Assembly: GCA_036559525.1 (NCBI GenBank)
Contig: DATBSZ010000273.1
Location: 240 to 64,239, forward strand
Reading direction: 5' to 3'
DNA: 64,000 bases
Origin: Burkholderiales bacterium
GTDB lineage: Bacteria > Pseudomonadota > Gammaproteobacteria > Burkholderiales > SG8-39
Both the position numbers and the translations under genes were made by a program. The notes beneath the pieces are model-generated. The model did no database searches. It was not told the origin of the DNA and saw only the letters and a program-made list of their open reading frames with translations. This document shows, in pieces, positions 11,061-19,551 of the stretch (the stretch's first letter is position 1; every line of letters starts with the position of its first letter).

Positions 11061-11307
11061 CGGCAAGTCCGACGAAGCGCTGCGACCGGAGTACAAGCGC
11101 TCCGATTTCGGTACATTGGTGCGCGGGAAATACGCGCGCAGAGTCGCCGAAGCGACCAACGTCGTCGTGCTGGAACCGCAGGTCGCGCAGGCCTTTCCGA
11201 ACGACTACGCGGTGAACAAGGCATTGAAAGGCCTTCTGCGCGGACGCCGGCAAAGCGCACGGCCGACGGCACGTGCACGGACGCGCCGCGAACGGCGCAC
11301 CGACTAA
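11047..11307 (+). CDS. Putative antitoxin partnered with the DUF497/BrnT toxin
   Basis: ATG 11047 overlaps the toxin remnant stop by 14 nt. MKKASGKSDEALRPEYKRSDFGTLVRGKYARRVAEATNVVVLEPQVAQAFPNDYAVNKALKGLL matches the pattern I recall for small antitoxins encoded downstream of DUF497 genes. Confidence 0.6.
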   Translation: MKKASGKSDEALRPEYKRSDFGTLVRGKYARRVAEATNVVVLEPQVAQAFPNDYAVNKALKGLLRGRRQSARPTARARTRRERRTD

Positions 11308-11324
11308 CACGACTCGAAGAGCCA

Positions 11325-11957
11325 ATGCCCCTCGATCTCGAAGAACAGGAACAGGTCGCCGAGCTGAAAGCCTGGTGGCGGCAGCACGGCAATCTCATCG
11401 TCTCGGCGGTGCTCGCCGCCGCGCTCGCCTTCGCCGGGTGGCAGGGCTGGCGCTGGTACAGCGCGAGCCAGGCGGCGCACGCCGCGGCGCAGTTCGAGGC
11501 GCTCGCCAAGGCGGCGCAGGCGGGCGACGCGAAGGCGCTGCGCGATGCCGCGGGCACGCTGATCGAGAGCTATCCGCGCACGCTCTACGCTTCGATGGGC
11601 GCGCTGGTCGCGGCGCGCTTCCACTTCGACCGCAACGATCTCAAGGCGGCCAAAACCCAGCTCCAATGGGTGGTCGAGAGCGCGCCGTCGGAGGATTTCC
11701 GCGACCTCGCGCGCCTGCGGCTCGCCGCCATCCTGCTCGACGAGAAGGCGCACGACGAGGCGCTGAAGGCCCTGGACGCAAGACATTCGGCGGCCTACGA
11801 CTCGCAGTTCGCCGCGTTGCGCGGTGACGTGCTGGTGGCCAAGAGCCAGCCGGCCGAGGCGCGCGCCGCCTACCAGCTCGCGCTGGACAAGGCCGGCAAG
11901 GAGCAGAACGCATTCCGCGAGAGCGTGCGCATGCGGCTCGAGGCGCTCGGGGGCTGA
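11325..11957 (+). CDS. yfgM: YfgM-family membrane-anchored TPR protein (ancillary SecYEG subunit)
   Basis: N-terminus EEQEQVAELKAWWRQHGNLIV followed by a TM segment and a TPR-like periplasmic part. Conserved position upstream of bamB. Confidence 0.85.
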   Translation: MPLDLEEQEQVAELKAWWRQHGNLIVSAVLAAALAFAGWQGWRWYSASQAAHAAAQFEALAKAAQAGDAKALRDAAGTLIESYPRTLYASMGALVAARFHFDRNDLKAAKTQLQWVVESAPSEDFRDLARLRLAAILLDEKAHDEALKALDARHSAAYDSQFAALRGDVLVAKSQPAEARAAYQLALDKAGKEQNAFRESVRMRLEALGG

Positions 11958-11959
11958 AC

Positions 11960-13078
11960 GTGAAGTGGAAGGCAGGGATGGTCATGACCGGGATCGTCTT
12001 CGCCGGCTGCGCGAGCGACCCGGGTCCGAAGCCGGCCGAGCCGCCGCGCATCGAGAAGGCCCAACGCGTGCGCACCCTGTGGTCGGCGAGCGTCGGCGGC
12101 GGGCAGGGCTTCACTTTCCAGCCCGCGCTCGCCGCCGGATCGGTATACGCCGCGGCACGCGACGGCACGGTGATGCGTTTCGACGAGAAGACGGGCGACA
12201 CGCGCTGGCGAGCCGAGCTCGAGCTCAAGCTTTCCGGCGGCGTCGGCGCCGACGAGCTCACCGTGGCCGTGGCGAGCGAAGAGGGCGAGGTCGTGGCGCT
12301 CGACGCGCAGACCGGCAAAGTGCGCTGGCGCGCGCGCGTCTCGAGCGAGGTGCTGGCCGCGCCGGCCATCGGCGCCGGGCTCGTGCTGGTGCGCAGCATC
12401 GACAACCGCGTGTTCGCCTTCGGCGCGGATGACGGCAAGCGCCGCTGGGTCTACCAGCGGGCGCCGTCGGCGCTCCTGGTGCGCGCGCCGGCGGGCATCA
12501 CGATCGACGGCGGGCTCGCTTTTGCCGGCTTTCCGGGCGGCAAGCTCGCCGCGCTGGCGTTGGAGAGCGGCGCGGTGCGCTGGGAAGCCACCGTAGCGGT
12601 ACCCAAGGGCACGACCGAGCTCGAGCGCGTCACCGACGTCATCGGTAGCCCCGCGGCGCAGGGGCGCGAGGTATGCGCCGCGGCGTACCGCAGCAGGCTC
12701 GCCTGCTACGACGTCGCCACCGGCAGGCAGGTCTGGGCGCGCGAGCTCACGTCGCTTTCCGGGGTCAGCCTGGACGCGCGCTATGCCTTCGTGGCCGACG
12801 ACCGCGGCACGGTACATGCGCTCGACCGCAGCAACGGGCAGTCCGTGTGGAAGCAGGACAAGCTCGCGTACCGCCAGCTTTCGACGCCGCTCGCAGGCGG
12901 CGAGTCGATCGCGGTCGGCGACTTCGAGGGGTACATTCACTTCCTCGCCCGCGATACCGGCGTATTCGTCGCGCGCGGCGAGACCAGCGGCCGCGCGGTG
13001 CGCGCGACGCCGCTGCGCCTCGGCGCCGGGCTGCTGGTCCAGACCGAAGACGGCGGCTTGTTTGCCCTCTCGCTGTGA
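11960..13078 (+). CDS. bamB: Outer membrane protein assembly factor BamB
   Basis: GTG start, lipobox VFAGCAS and repeated PQQ-like beta-propeller blades. yfgM-bamB-der synteny. Confidence 0.9.
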   Translation: MKWKAGMVMTGIVFAGCASDPGPKPAEPPRIEKAQRVRTLWSASVGGGQGFTFQPALAAGSVYAAARDGTVMRFDEKTGDTRWRAELELKLSGGVGADELTVAVASEEGEVVALDAQTGKVRWRARVSSEVLAAPAIGAGLVLVRSIDNRVFAFGADDGKRRWVYQRAPSALLVRAPAGITIDGGLAFAGFPGGKLAALALESGAVRWEATVAVPKGTTELERVTDVIGSPAAQGREVCAAAYRSRLACYDVATGRQVWARELTSLSGVSLDARYAFVADDRGTVHALDRSNGQSVWKQDKLAYRQLSTPLAGGESIAVGDFEGYIHFLARDTGVFVARGETSGRAVRATPLRLGAGLLVQTEDGGLFALSL

Positions 13079-14415
13079 AGCCGGTCATCGCATTGGTGGG
13101 CCGGCCCAACGTCGGCAAGTCCACCCTCTTTAACCGCCTCACGCGCAGCCGCGACGCGATCGTGCACGACGTGCCCGGCGTGACGCGCGACCGCCACTAC
13201 GGCGAAGGACGGCTCGGCTCGCGCGCGTTCATCGCCATCGACACCGGCGGCTTCGAGCCACGCTCGCCCCAGGGCATCTTCGTCCAGATGGCGCGCCAGG
13301 CCGAGCAGGCGATGGTGGAGGCCGACGCGATCGTTTTCCTGGTCGACGGGCGCGCCGGCCTTACGCCTTCTGACCGGGAAATTGCACAAAAATTACGCAA
13401 ACTGAAAACCCCGGCGTTTGTCGCCGTCAACAAGACCGAGGGGATGCAATCCGACATCGCGGTCGCCGAGTTCCACGAGCTCGGCCTGGGCGCGCCCGCC
13501 GCGATCTCGGGCGCGCACGGCGAGGGCGTGCGCGAATTGATGGATCTCGTCCTGGAGAAATTTCCGGAGGACACCGAACCGGACGAAGAAGAAAAAGGCC
13601 ATCCCCGAGTCGCGGTGGTCGGCCGCCCCAACGTCGGCAAGTCGACGCTCGTCAACGCGCTGGTCGGCGAGGAGCGCGTCATCGCCTTCGACCAGCCCGG
13701 CACCACGCGCGACCCGATCGAGGTGCCGTTCGAGCGCGGCGGGCGGCGCTACACGCTGATCGACACCGCGGGGCTGCGCCGGCGCGGCAAGACCGGCGAG
13801 CCGGTCGAATTCTTCTCGATCGTCAAGGCGCTGCAGGCAATCGAGGCGGCGAACGTCGCGATCCTGCTCCTCGACGCCTCCACCGGCATCACCGAGCAGG
13901 ACGCGCACGTCGCGGGCTACGTGCTCGAGCGAGGGCGCGCGGTGGTGCTGGCGGTGAACAAGTGGGACGCAGCCGACAAGGAGCTGCGCGAGCGGATGAA
14001 GCAGGAGCTCGCCTGGAAGCTCGAGTTCCTCGGTTTCGCGGAAACGCATTTCGTCTCCGCGACGAAAGGCAAGGGCCTCGGCCCGTTGATGCGCTCGGTC
14101 GACGCCGCGCACGGCGCGGCGATGGCCAGGCTCGCCACGCCCAAGCTCACGCGCGCCATGATCGCCGCGGTCGAGCGCCAGTCGCCGCCGAAGACCGGGC
14201 GGGTGCGTCCCAAGCTGCGCTACGCGCACCAGGGCGGCATCAACCCGCCGCGCATCATCATCCACGGCAACGCGCTCGACCGCGTGCCGGAGACCTACAA
14301 GCGCTACCTGGAAAACTACTTCAGGAATGCCTTCAAGCTGGCCGGGACTCCGCTGCGGATCGAGTTCCGCACCGGGCGCAACCCCTACGTCAAGTCCCGC
14401 GCCGCGCGAGGATGA
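13075..14415 (+). CDS. der: Ribosome biogenesis GTPase Der (EngA)
   Basis: GTG 13075 overlaps the bamB stop (GTGA). Two G domains: [14 protein letters not shown] and [16 protein letters not shown]-like C-terminus. Confidence 0.93.
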   Translation: MKPVIALVGRPNVGKSTLFNRLTRSRDAIVHDVPGVTRDRHYGEGRLGSRAFIAIDTGGFEPRSPQGIFVQMARQAEQAMVEADAIVFLVDGRAGLTPSDREIAQKLRKLKTPAFVAVNKTEGMQSDIAVAEFHELGLGAPAAISGAHGEGVRELMDLVLEKFPEDTEPDEEEKGHPRVAVVGRPNVGKSTLVNALVGEERVIAFDQPGTTRDPIEVPFERGGRRYTLIDTAGLRRRGKTGEPVEFFSIVKALQAIEAANVAILLLDASTGITEQDAHVAGYVLERGRAVVLAVNKWDAADKELRERMKQELAWKLEFLGFAETHFVSATKGKGLGPLMRSVDAAHGAAMARLATPKLTRAMIAAVERQSPPKTGRVRPKLRYAHQGGINPPRIIIHGNALDRVPETYKRYLENYFRNAFKLAGTPLRIEFRTGRNPYVKSRAARG

Positions 14416-15124
14416 GGCTGCGCACGAGCGCCGGCAGGTCGAAGCCGCGCGAGAGGAGCTTCCAGAAGATCATGCGCGCGATGCGCGCCGTGTCGACGGT
14501 CGAGCGATAGTGGCTTGGGCGCGCGTCCGGCGGATAGAGGGCGGCGATCGGCACGGCGGCGCTACGCACGCCGGCGCGGCCGGCTTCGATCAGGATCTCG
14601 CTCTCGAAGGCGAAGCGGGCGTTGGGGCCGTGGAAGAGCTGGATTTCGCGCAGGACGCTGGCGGGATACAGGCGAAACCCGGACTGGCTGTCGGCGACGG
14701 GGAAGCCCGCCGCCCAGGCCACCCAGAAGTTGGCGAAGCGGTTGCCGAGGTAGCGCAAAGGCGGCACTTTCTCCCGGTCCCAGAGCCGCGCGCCGATGAT
14801 GATGCGGTCCGGGTGCGCGCGCGCCGCGTCGATGAGGCGCGGGATGTCCTCGGGGTCGTGCTGCGCGTCGCCGTCGAGCGTGACCACGGCGTCCGCGCCG
14901 TCGGCCAGCGCGAGCGCGAAGCCGCGCCACAGGCTGGCGCCCTTGCCGTAGTTGACCGGGTTCGAGATGACCGTGACGCGCAGGCCGTCGAGCGCGGCGG
15001 CGGTGGCGTCGGTCGAGCCGTCGTTCACCACGATCACGTCGGGCACGAGGCGCAGCGTCCGGGTGGCGACCTCGCGGATGGTCGGTGCCTCGTTGTAGGC
15101 GGGAATGACGGCGACGAGCTTCAT
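14390..15124 (-). CDS. Family 2 glycosyltransferase (ApeJ-like, last gene of the polyene/lipid operon)
   Basis: The internal ATG at 15124 of ORF 14390-15538 gives [16 protein letters not shown]...VNDGSTD...[10 protein letters not shown] (GT-A fold with DxD motif). ATGA overlap with fabG. Confidence 0.8.
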   Translation of the reverse strand: MKLVAVIPAYNEAPTIREVATRTLRLVPDVIVVNDGSTDATAAALDGLRVTVISNPVNYGKGASLWRGFALALADGADAVVTLDGDAQHDPEDIPRLIDAARAHPDRIIIGARLWDREKVPPLRYLGNRFANFWVAWAAGFPVADSQSGFRLYPASVLREIQLFHGPNARFAFESEILIEAGRAGVRSAAVPIAALYPPDARPSHYRSTVDTARIARMIFWKLLSRGFDLPALVRSLILARRGT

Positions 15125-15840
15125 GTCATGCCGCCATCGATCGAGATGACCTGGCCGGAGATGTAGCCGGCTTCGTCGGAGGCAAGGAAGCCCACCAGCG
15201 CCGCGACCTCGTCGGGCTGGCCGGCGCGCTTCATCGGCACCAGCGCGTCGATGGCGCTCTTGGTGAACGCCTGTGCGGTCATGGGCGAGTCGATGATCCC
15301 CGGCGCCACCGCGTTCACCGTGACGCCGCGCGAGGCGAGCTCGAGCGCGAGCGAGCGCGTGGCGCCGTGCAGGCCGGACTTCGCCGCGGCGTAGTTCGCC
15401 TGTCCGCGGTTGCCGCGCAGCGCGGCGACCGAGGACAGGCTGACGATGCGTCCCCAGCGCGTGCCGATCATCGGCAGCAGGAGCGGCCGCGTGACGTTGA
15501 AGAACCCGTGGAGCGAGACGTCGACCACGCTCCTCCACTGCTCTCCCGACATCCCGGCCATCGGCGCATCGGCATGCACTCCCGCGTTGTTCACCACGAT
15601 CTGCACCGGCCCGTCGGCGAGCAGGTGCTCGAGCGCAGCCGCTGTTGCTTTCTCATCTGTGACATCAAAAGAAATCGCGTCGGCGGCACCGCCCGCAGCG
15701 CGGATATTCTGCGCCACGCGCTCGGCTTCGGCCAAATTGCGGTTCGCGTGCACGGCGACGTGCCGCCCCGCGGCGGCGAGCCGGCGGCAGATCGCGGCGC
15801 CGATGGTCCCGCTGCCGCCGGTCACGAGGGCCCTGATCAT
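15121..15840 (-). CDS. fabG: 3-oxoacyl-ACP reductase (SDR, ApeQ-like)
   Basis: MIRALVTGGSGTIGAAI (TGxxxGxG), NNAG, and YAAAKSG (YxxxK). Confidence 0.88.
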   Translation of the reverse strand: MIRALVTGGSGTIGAAICRRLAAAGRHVAVHANRNLAEAERVAQNIRAAGGAADAISFDVTDEKATAAALEHLLADGPVQIVVNNAGVHADAPMAGMSGEQWRSVVDVSLHGFFNVTRPLLLPMIGTRWGRIVSLSSVAALRGNRGQANYAAAKSGLHGATRSLALELASRGVTVNAVAPGIIDSPMTAQAFTKSAIDALVPMKRAGQPDEVAALVGFLASDEAGYISGQVISIDGGMT

Positions 15841-16265
15841 CCGGAGAGCACGACGGCGGCCTTGCCGCGCAGGATCTCGACGCCGCCGCAGGACAGCGCA
15901 AACCGGTAGAGCGCCCGCTCGCCGTCGCCGGCAAGCCGCTCGGCATCGATTACCAGCTCGTGCTCGAGATCGTCCAGGCGAGCGGCGCTGCAGACGACGT
16001 CGCTGACGCTCGCGAGATAGCCCGCGTGCGGCGTTTCCCGGACCGCGGCGGACAAGCGCCCATGCACCGCCATGGCTTGCGCCGCGTACTCGATGCCGCA
16101 CAGCGCCGGCAGCTCGGCCCCGGCGCGCAGCGGATTGTCGCCGTCGCGGTGGCTGCGGCTGGTGCATCGAATCGCAGCTTCGCTCCATTCCAATACCTCG
16201 TGCAGCAGACACATCCGCCCCGCATGGGGAATCATGCCCGCGATCTCTGCCTTGCTTACGGGCAT
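15837..16265 (-). CDS. Hotdog-fold dehydratase (ApeP-like)
   Basis: 142-aa product MPVSKAEIAGMIPHAGRMCLLHEVLEW... Size and position between the KR and KS/CLF genes match aryl-polyene clusters. Confidence 0.6.
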   Translation of the reverse strand: MPVSKAEIAGMIPHAGRMCLLHEVLEWSEAAIRCTSRSHRDGDNPLRAGAELPALCGIEYAAQAMAVHGRLSAAVRETPHAGYLASVSDVVCSAARLDDLEHELVIDAERLAGDGERALYRFALSCGGVEILRGKAAVVLSG

Positions 16266-17053
16266 GGCGTGACTCGCGCGCGCAGCTGCGTCCCCGCGAC
16301 ATAGTTCAGGACGACGTCCCCGGCGACGCCGCGCGCGAGCACGGCGAGCAAGGCGAGGCTGCGCGCCGCCGGGTTGCCTTGCCTCGCGGCCTCGAGGGCC
16401 GGGTCGGCGAGCCGGGTCTCGGCGCCATCCGCAGGCCGAAGCTCGAGGTCGATGGCGGCGACGCTGTGGCGCGTTTCTTCGGGAACCAGGATGAGAGCGA
16501 CGCCGAACACGCTCGCGATCGGGCGCGCGGCGTGCAAAGGCTCGGGATACGGCTGGTCGTGGCTGACGAGGGCCACGGGCCTGCGGTCCACGGCGACCTG
16601 GGCCGCGCACTCGAGGAGGCCCGCGGCGAAGCTGGCGTCGAAGCAGCACAGGCTGGTCGAGGGCTCGCGCGAGCGGGTCGCGATGCTCCAGTAGCCGGCC
16701 GCGGCGTTGTGCACCGAGTTCATGAATTTCGTGGGCGACACTTCGCGCTCGGCGGTGGCCAGCGTCTCGCACATCTCGTGCAGGATCTCGCCGTCGCTCG
16801 ACGAGGAGGTGAAGACGGTTGGCGTGACTGCCGCATCGTGTCCGGCGGCCGCGAAGGCCTCGCGGCCCACTGCCAGCGCGAGCTTGACCGGGATGCCGGC
16901 GCGGCGCCGCTCGGCCGGCGGCAGCAGCTCGCTCGGGGGAATCGCCGTGCGCGCGGGGCGATAGGGCTCGGCGCCCGCGAGCACCGCGCGAGCGGCCGGC
17001 CAGCCGCTCAGGCCGGGGCCGAGGACGCCGATGCCTTCAATGAACGCGCGCAT
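16256..17053 (-). CDS. Beta-ketoacyl synthase-like chain-length-factor subunit (no catalytic Cys-His-His)
   Basis: 265 aa and KS-like (…FMNSVHNAAAGYWSIA…). I found no ACS or HGTxT catalytic motifs. It overlaps the KS gene by 17 nt. Confidence 0.65.
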   Translation of the reverse strand: MRAFIEGIGVLGPGLSGWPAARAVLAGAEPYRPARTAIPPSELLPPAERRRAGIPVKLALAVGREAFAAAGHDAAVTPTVFTSSSSDGEILHEMCETLATAEREVSPTKFMNSVHNAAAGYWSIATRSREPSTSLCCFDASFAAGLLECAAQVAVDRRPVALVSHDQPYPEPLHAARPIASVFGVALILVPEETRHSVAAIDLELRPADGAETRLADPALEAARQGNPAARSLALLAVLARGVAGDVVLNYVAGTQLRARVTPCP

Positions 17054-18236
17054 CGCCGATGACGAGGCTGCAGTTGCTGCCGCCGAAGCCGAAGGAATTG
17101 GTGAGCACGCGCCGCAGGCGCGCCTCCCGGGTCTCGAGAACGTAGTTGCTCTTCAGCGCAGGGTCGACGTTGCGGGTGTGGGCGCTGCCCGGAAGGAGGC
17201 CGTGCCGCAGGGCCAGCGTCGAAATGATCGCCTCGGTGATCCCGGCGGCGCCCAGCAGGTGCCCGGTAGCGCCCTTGGTCGAGCTGGCGGGCGTTTTCCG
17301 ACCGAACAGATCGACGACGGCCGTGTCCTCGGCGGCGTCGTTCGAGGGCGTCGCCGTGCCGTGGAGATTGATGTAGTCGATGTCGGCCGCACCGAGCCGC
17401 GCCGAGGCGAGCGCGCGCTGCATGGCCAGCTTCGCGCCCGCGCCCTCGGGGTGCGGCGCCGACATGTGGTACGCATCGGAGCTTTCGCCCACGCCGAGGA
17501 GTATCGGGGCGTCGGCGCTCGCGCCGGCATGCGGCTTCTCGAGCAGGGCAAAGCCCGCGCCTTCTCCGAGCGAGATGCCATCGCGCTCGCGGTCGAACGG
17601 CCGGCACGGGCGGCGCGAAGTGAGCTCGAGGGAGCGAAAGCCGTACAGCGTCGTGAGGCACAGCGAATCCGCGCCGCCGACCACCGCGGCATCGCAGGCG
17701 CCGGCCGCGATCATGCGCGCGGCGTTGCCGAAGACCTTGGCGGTGGAGGAGCAAGCGGAGGAGACGACGAACGAAGGTCCCGCCAGGCCGAGATAGCGCC
17801 CGACGAAATCGCCGAGCGAGTAGGTGTTGGCGGTCGCGTGGTAGCGGAAGCCGCGCGGCAGGGACCCGCTCGCCGGATCGCGCCGCTGGTAGGCGAGCTC
17901 GGCCTCGAGGATGCCGGAGGTGCTGGTGCCGATGAACACACCGATGCGGCTCGCGCCATAGCGGCCGCGCGCCGCCGCTACGGCAGCGGCGAAGCCGTCC
18001 GCCTCGAGGGCCATCTGCGCAATGCGGTTGCTGCGGCAGTCGTAAGCTTCGAGGCCGCGCCGGATGCCCGCGTCCTTGAGACCAGGCACGCTTCCGACCC
18101 AGGTGTCGATCGAAGTAGTCTCGAATTCGCAAGGCGTGAGCCCGGAGCGCTTCGTGCGCAGCGCATCGAGCACCGCCGCGCTCCCGGTGCCGAGGCAGTT
18201 GACGATGGAGAACCTCGTGATCAGGAGAGGCTGCAT
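17037..18236 (-). CDS. Beta-ketoacyl-ACP synthase (FabF/FabB-like KS)
   Basis: 399 aa from ATG 18236. Catalytic Cys in VVSSACSSTAKVF. His motifs INLHGTATPSND and KGATGHLLGAAG. Confidence 0.88.
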   Translation of the reverse strand: MQPLLITRFSIVNCLGTGSAAVLDALRTKRSGLTPCEFETTSIDTWVGSVPGLKDAGIRRGLEAYDCRSNRIAQMALEADGFAAAVAAARGRYGASRIGVFIGTSTSGILEAELAYQRRDPASGSLPRGFRYHATANTYSLGDFVGRYLGLAGPSFVVSSACSSTAKVFGNAARMIAAGACDAAVVGGADSLCLTTLYGFRSLELTSRRPCRPFDRERDGISLGEGAGFALLEKPHAGASADAPILLGVGESSDAYHMSAPHPEGAGAKLAMQRALASARLGAADIDYINLHGTATPSNDAAEDTAVVDLFGRKTPASSTKGATGHLLGAAGITEAIISTLALRHGLLPGSAHTRNVDPALKSNYVLETREARLRRVLTNSFGFGGSNCSLVIGDARVH

Positions 18237-18985
18237 GCCGCGGGAAGGGAAACGCACTTGAGGCCGCGCGCGGCGAGCTGCTCGAGCAGGGCGGGCAGGA
18301 CGGCGAGCGAAAGCGGCTCGCTGTCGTGCAGCAGGAGCACGTCGCCCGCCGCGAGCCCGGCGGTGAGGCGCCCGAGCACCCTGGCGGGGTCGCGCGCAAC
18401 CGTGTCCAGGCCGCGGCGCGTCCACGAGACGTAGCGCAGTCCCATCGGCGGGAGGACGAGGCCGAGGAACGGGCTGCGGAAGCCGGCCGGCGCGCGGAAG
18501 AACTGCGGCGCTTGCCCGGTGATGGCGGCGACGGTGGCCTGCGCGCGCTCGACCTCGCGCCGCAGGAGGGAGATGCCGTAGAACGCGAAGGCGTGAGAAT
18601 GGCGGTCGCTGTGGTTCTCGACGCTGTGGCCGCGGCGCACGATCTCGCGCACGATCTCCGGATGCGCCCGCGCCCTTTCCCCGACGCAGAAAAAGCTCGC
18701 CTTGGCCTGGTAGCGCTCGAGGAGCTCGAGGACGCGAGGTGTCAGCTCCGGATGCGGGCCGTCGTCGAACGTCAGGCACACGTGCCGGTGCGCGGCGGCG
18801 GCGGCCGGGAGCCGGCTCAGGTTCGGCCCGAGCAGGCGGCCGCGCACGTGAAACACTCCGGCGGCGATCACGAGATGATTGGCGATGAGCGCCGCGCCAA
18901 CCCAGGGCCACATCCCGGGCGCGAGCGCGAGGACGATCACGCCGGCTGCGTGCACCAGGATGGAAACGCGGATCACGGGCGTCAT
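18221..18985 (-). CDS. Polysaccharide deacetylase (NodB homology) with N-terminal membrane segments
   Basis: Hydrophobic N-terminus, then LTFDDGPHPE and GHSVENHSDRH, which are NodB motifs. Confidence 0.8.
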   Translation of the reverse strand: MTPVIRVSILVHAAGVIVLALAPGMWPWVGAALIANHLVIAAGVFHVRGRLLGPNLSRLPAAAAAHRHVCLTFDDGPHPELTPRVLELLERYQAKASFFCVGERARAHPEIVREIVRRGHSVENHSDRHSHAFAFYGISLLRREVERAQATVAAITGQAPQFFRAPAGFRSPFLGLVLPPMGLRYVSWTRRGLDTVARDPARVLGRLTAGLAAGDVLLLHDSEPLSLAVLPALLEQLAARGLKCVSLPAACSLS

Positions 18986-19551
18986 GCCGGCTTCGGGAAG
19001 AGCGGCTTTTCAAGCACGGCCCGCCACAATTGAATCCAGGTCGGCCAATCGTGCGCGCCCGGCATCCTGATCACGCGCTCGGCCGGCAGCTGGCGGGCAA
19101 GCATCTCGCTCGCCGCCGCGTAGCGGTCGCCGGTACCGAAGCCGAGATAGGCGGCGGGAAACCACTTTGCGTCGGCCGGTTCGAGCGCGTCGGGGCCGCG
19201 CGAGCCGAGAAACGGCGCGAGCAGGATCATCGCCTCGAGCTCGGCCGCGCGCCGGCGCGCAAGAGAGATGCAGCCATAGCCGCCGAGCGAGATCCCCATG
19301 AGCCAGATGCGAGCGTAGCCGTTGGCGCGCATCGGCGCGATGACGTCTGCCGCAAGGCGCTCGCCGACGCTGCCCTCGAGGTAGTAGTCCGCGTCGGCAT
19401 CCATGACCGCGACATCGAGCGGCGATCCCCGCTCGCGAAGCGCGGCCACGAAGCCCCGGTCCACCAGGTCTTGCGCGCAAGCCTTGGCGGGCGGCAGCAT
19501 GACGAGCAGATTGCCGCTCGCGCCCGGCGCGCGGTCATGAAGCGCGCGCAT
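18982..19551 (-). CDS. Small alpha/beta-hydrolase-like protein
   Basis: 189 aa with a nucleophile elbow, WLMGISLGG (GxSxG). ATGA overlap with the deacetylase gene. Confidence 0.6.
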   Translation of the reverse strand: MRALHDRAPGASGNLLVMLPPAKACAQDLVDRGFVAALRERGSPLDVAVMDADADYYLEGSVGERLAADVIAPMRANGYARIWLMGISLGGYGCISLARRRAAELEAMILLAPFLGSRGPDALEPADAKWFPAAYLGFGTGDRYAAASEMLARQLPAERVIRMPGAHDWPTWIQLWRAVLEKPLFPKPA

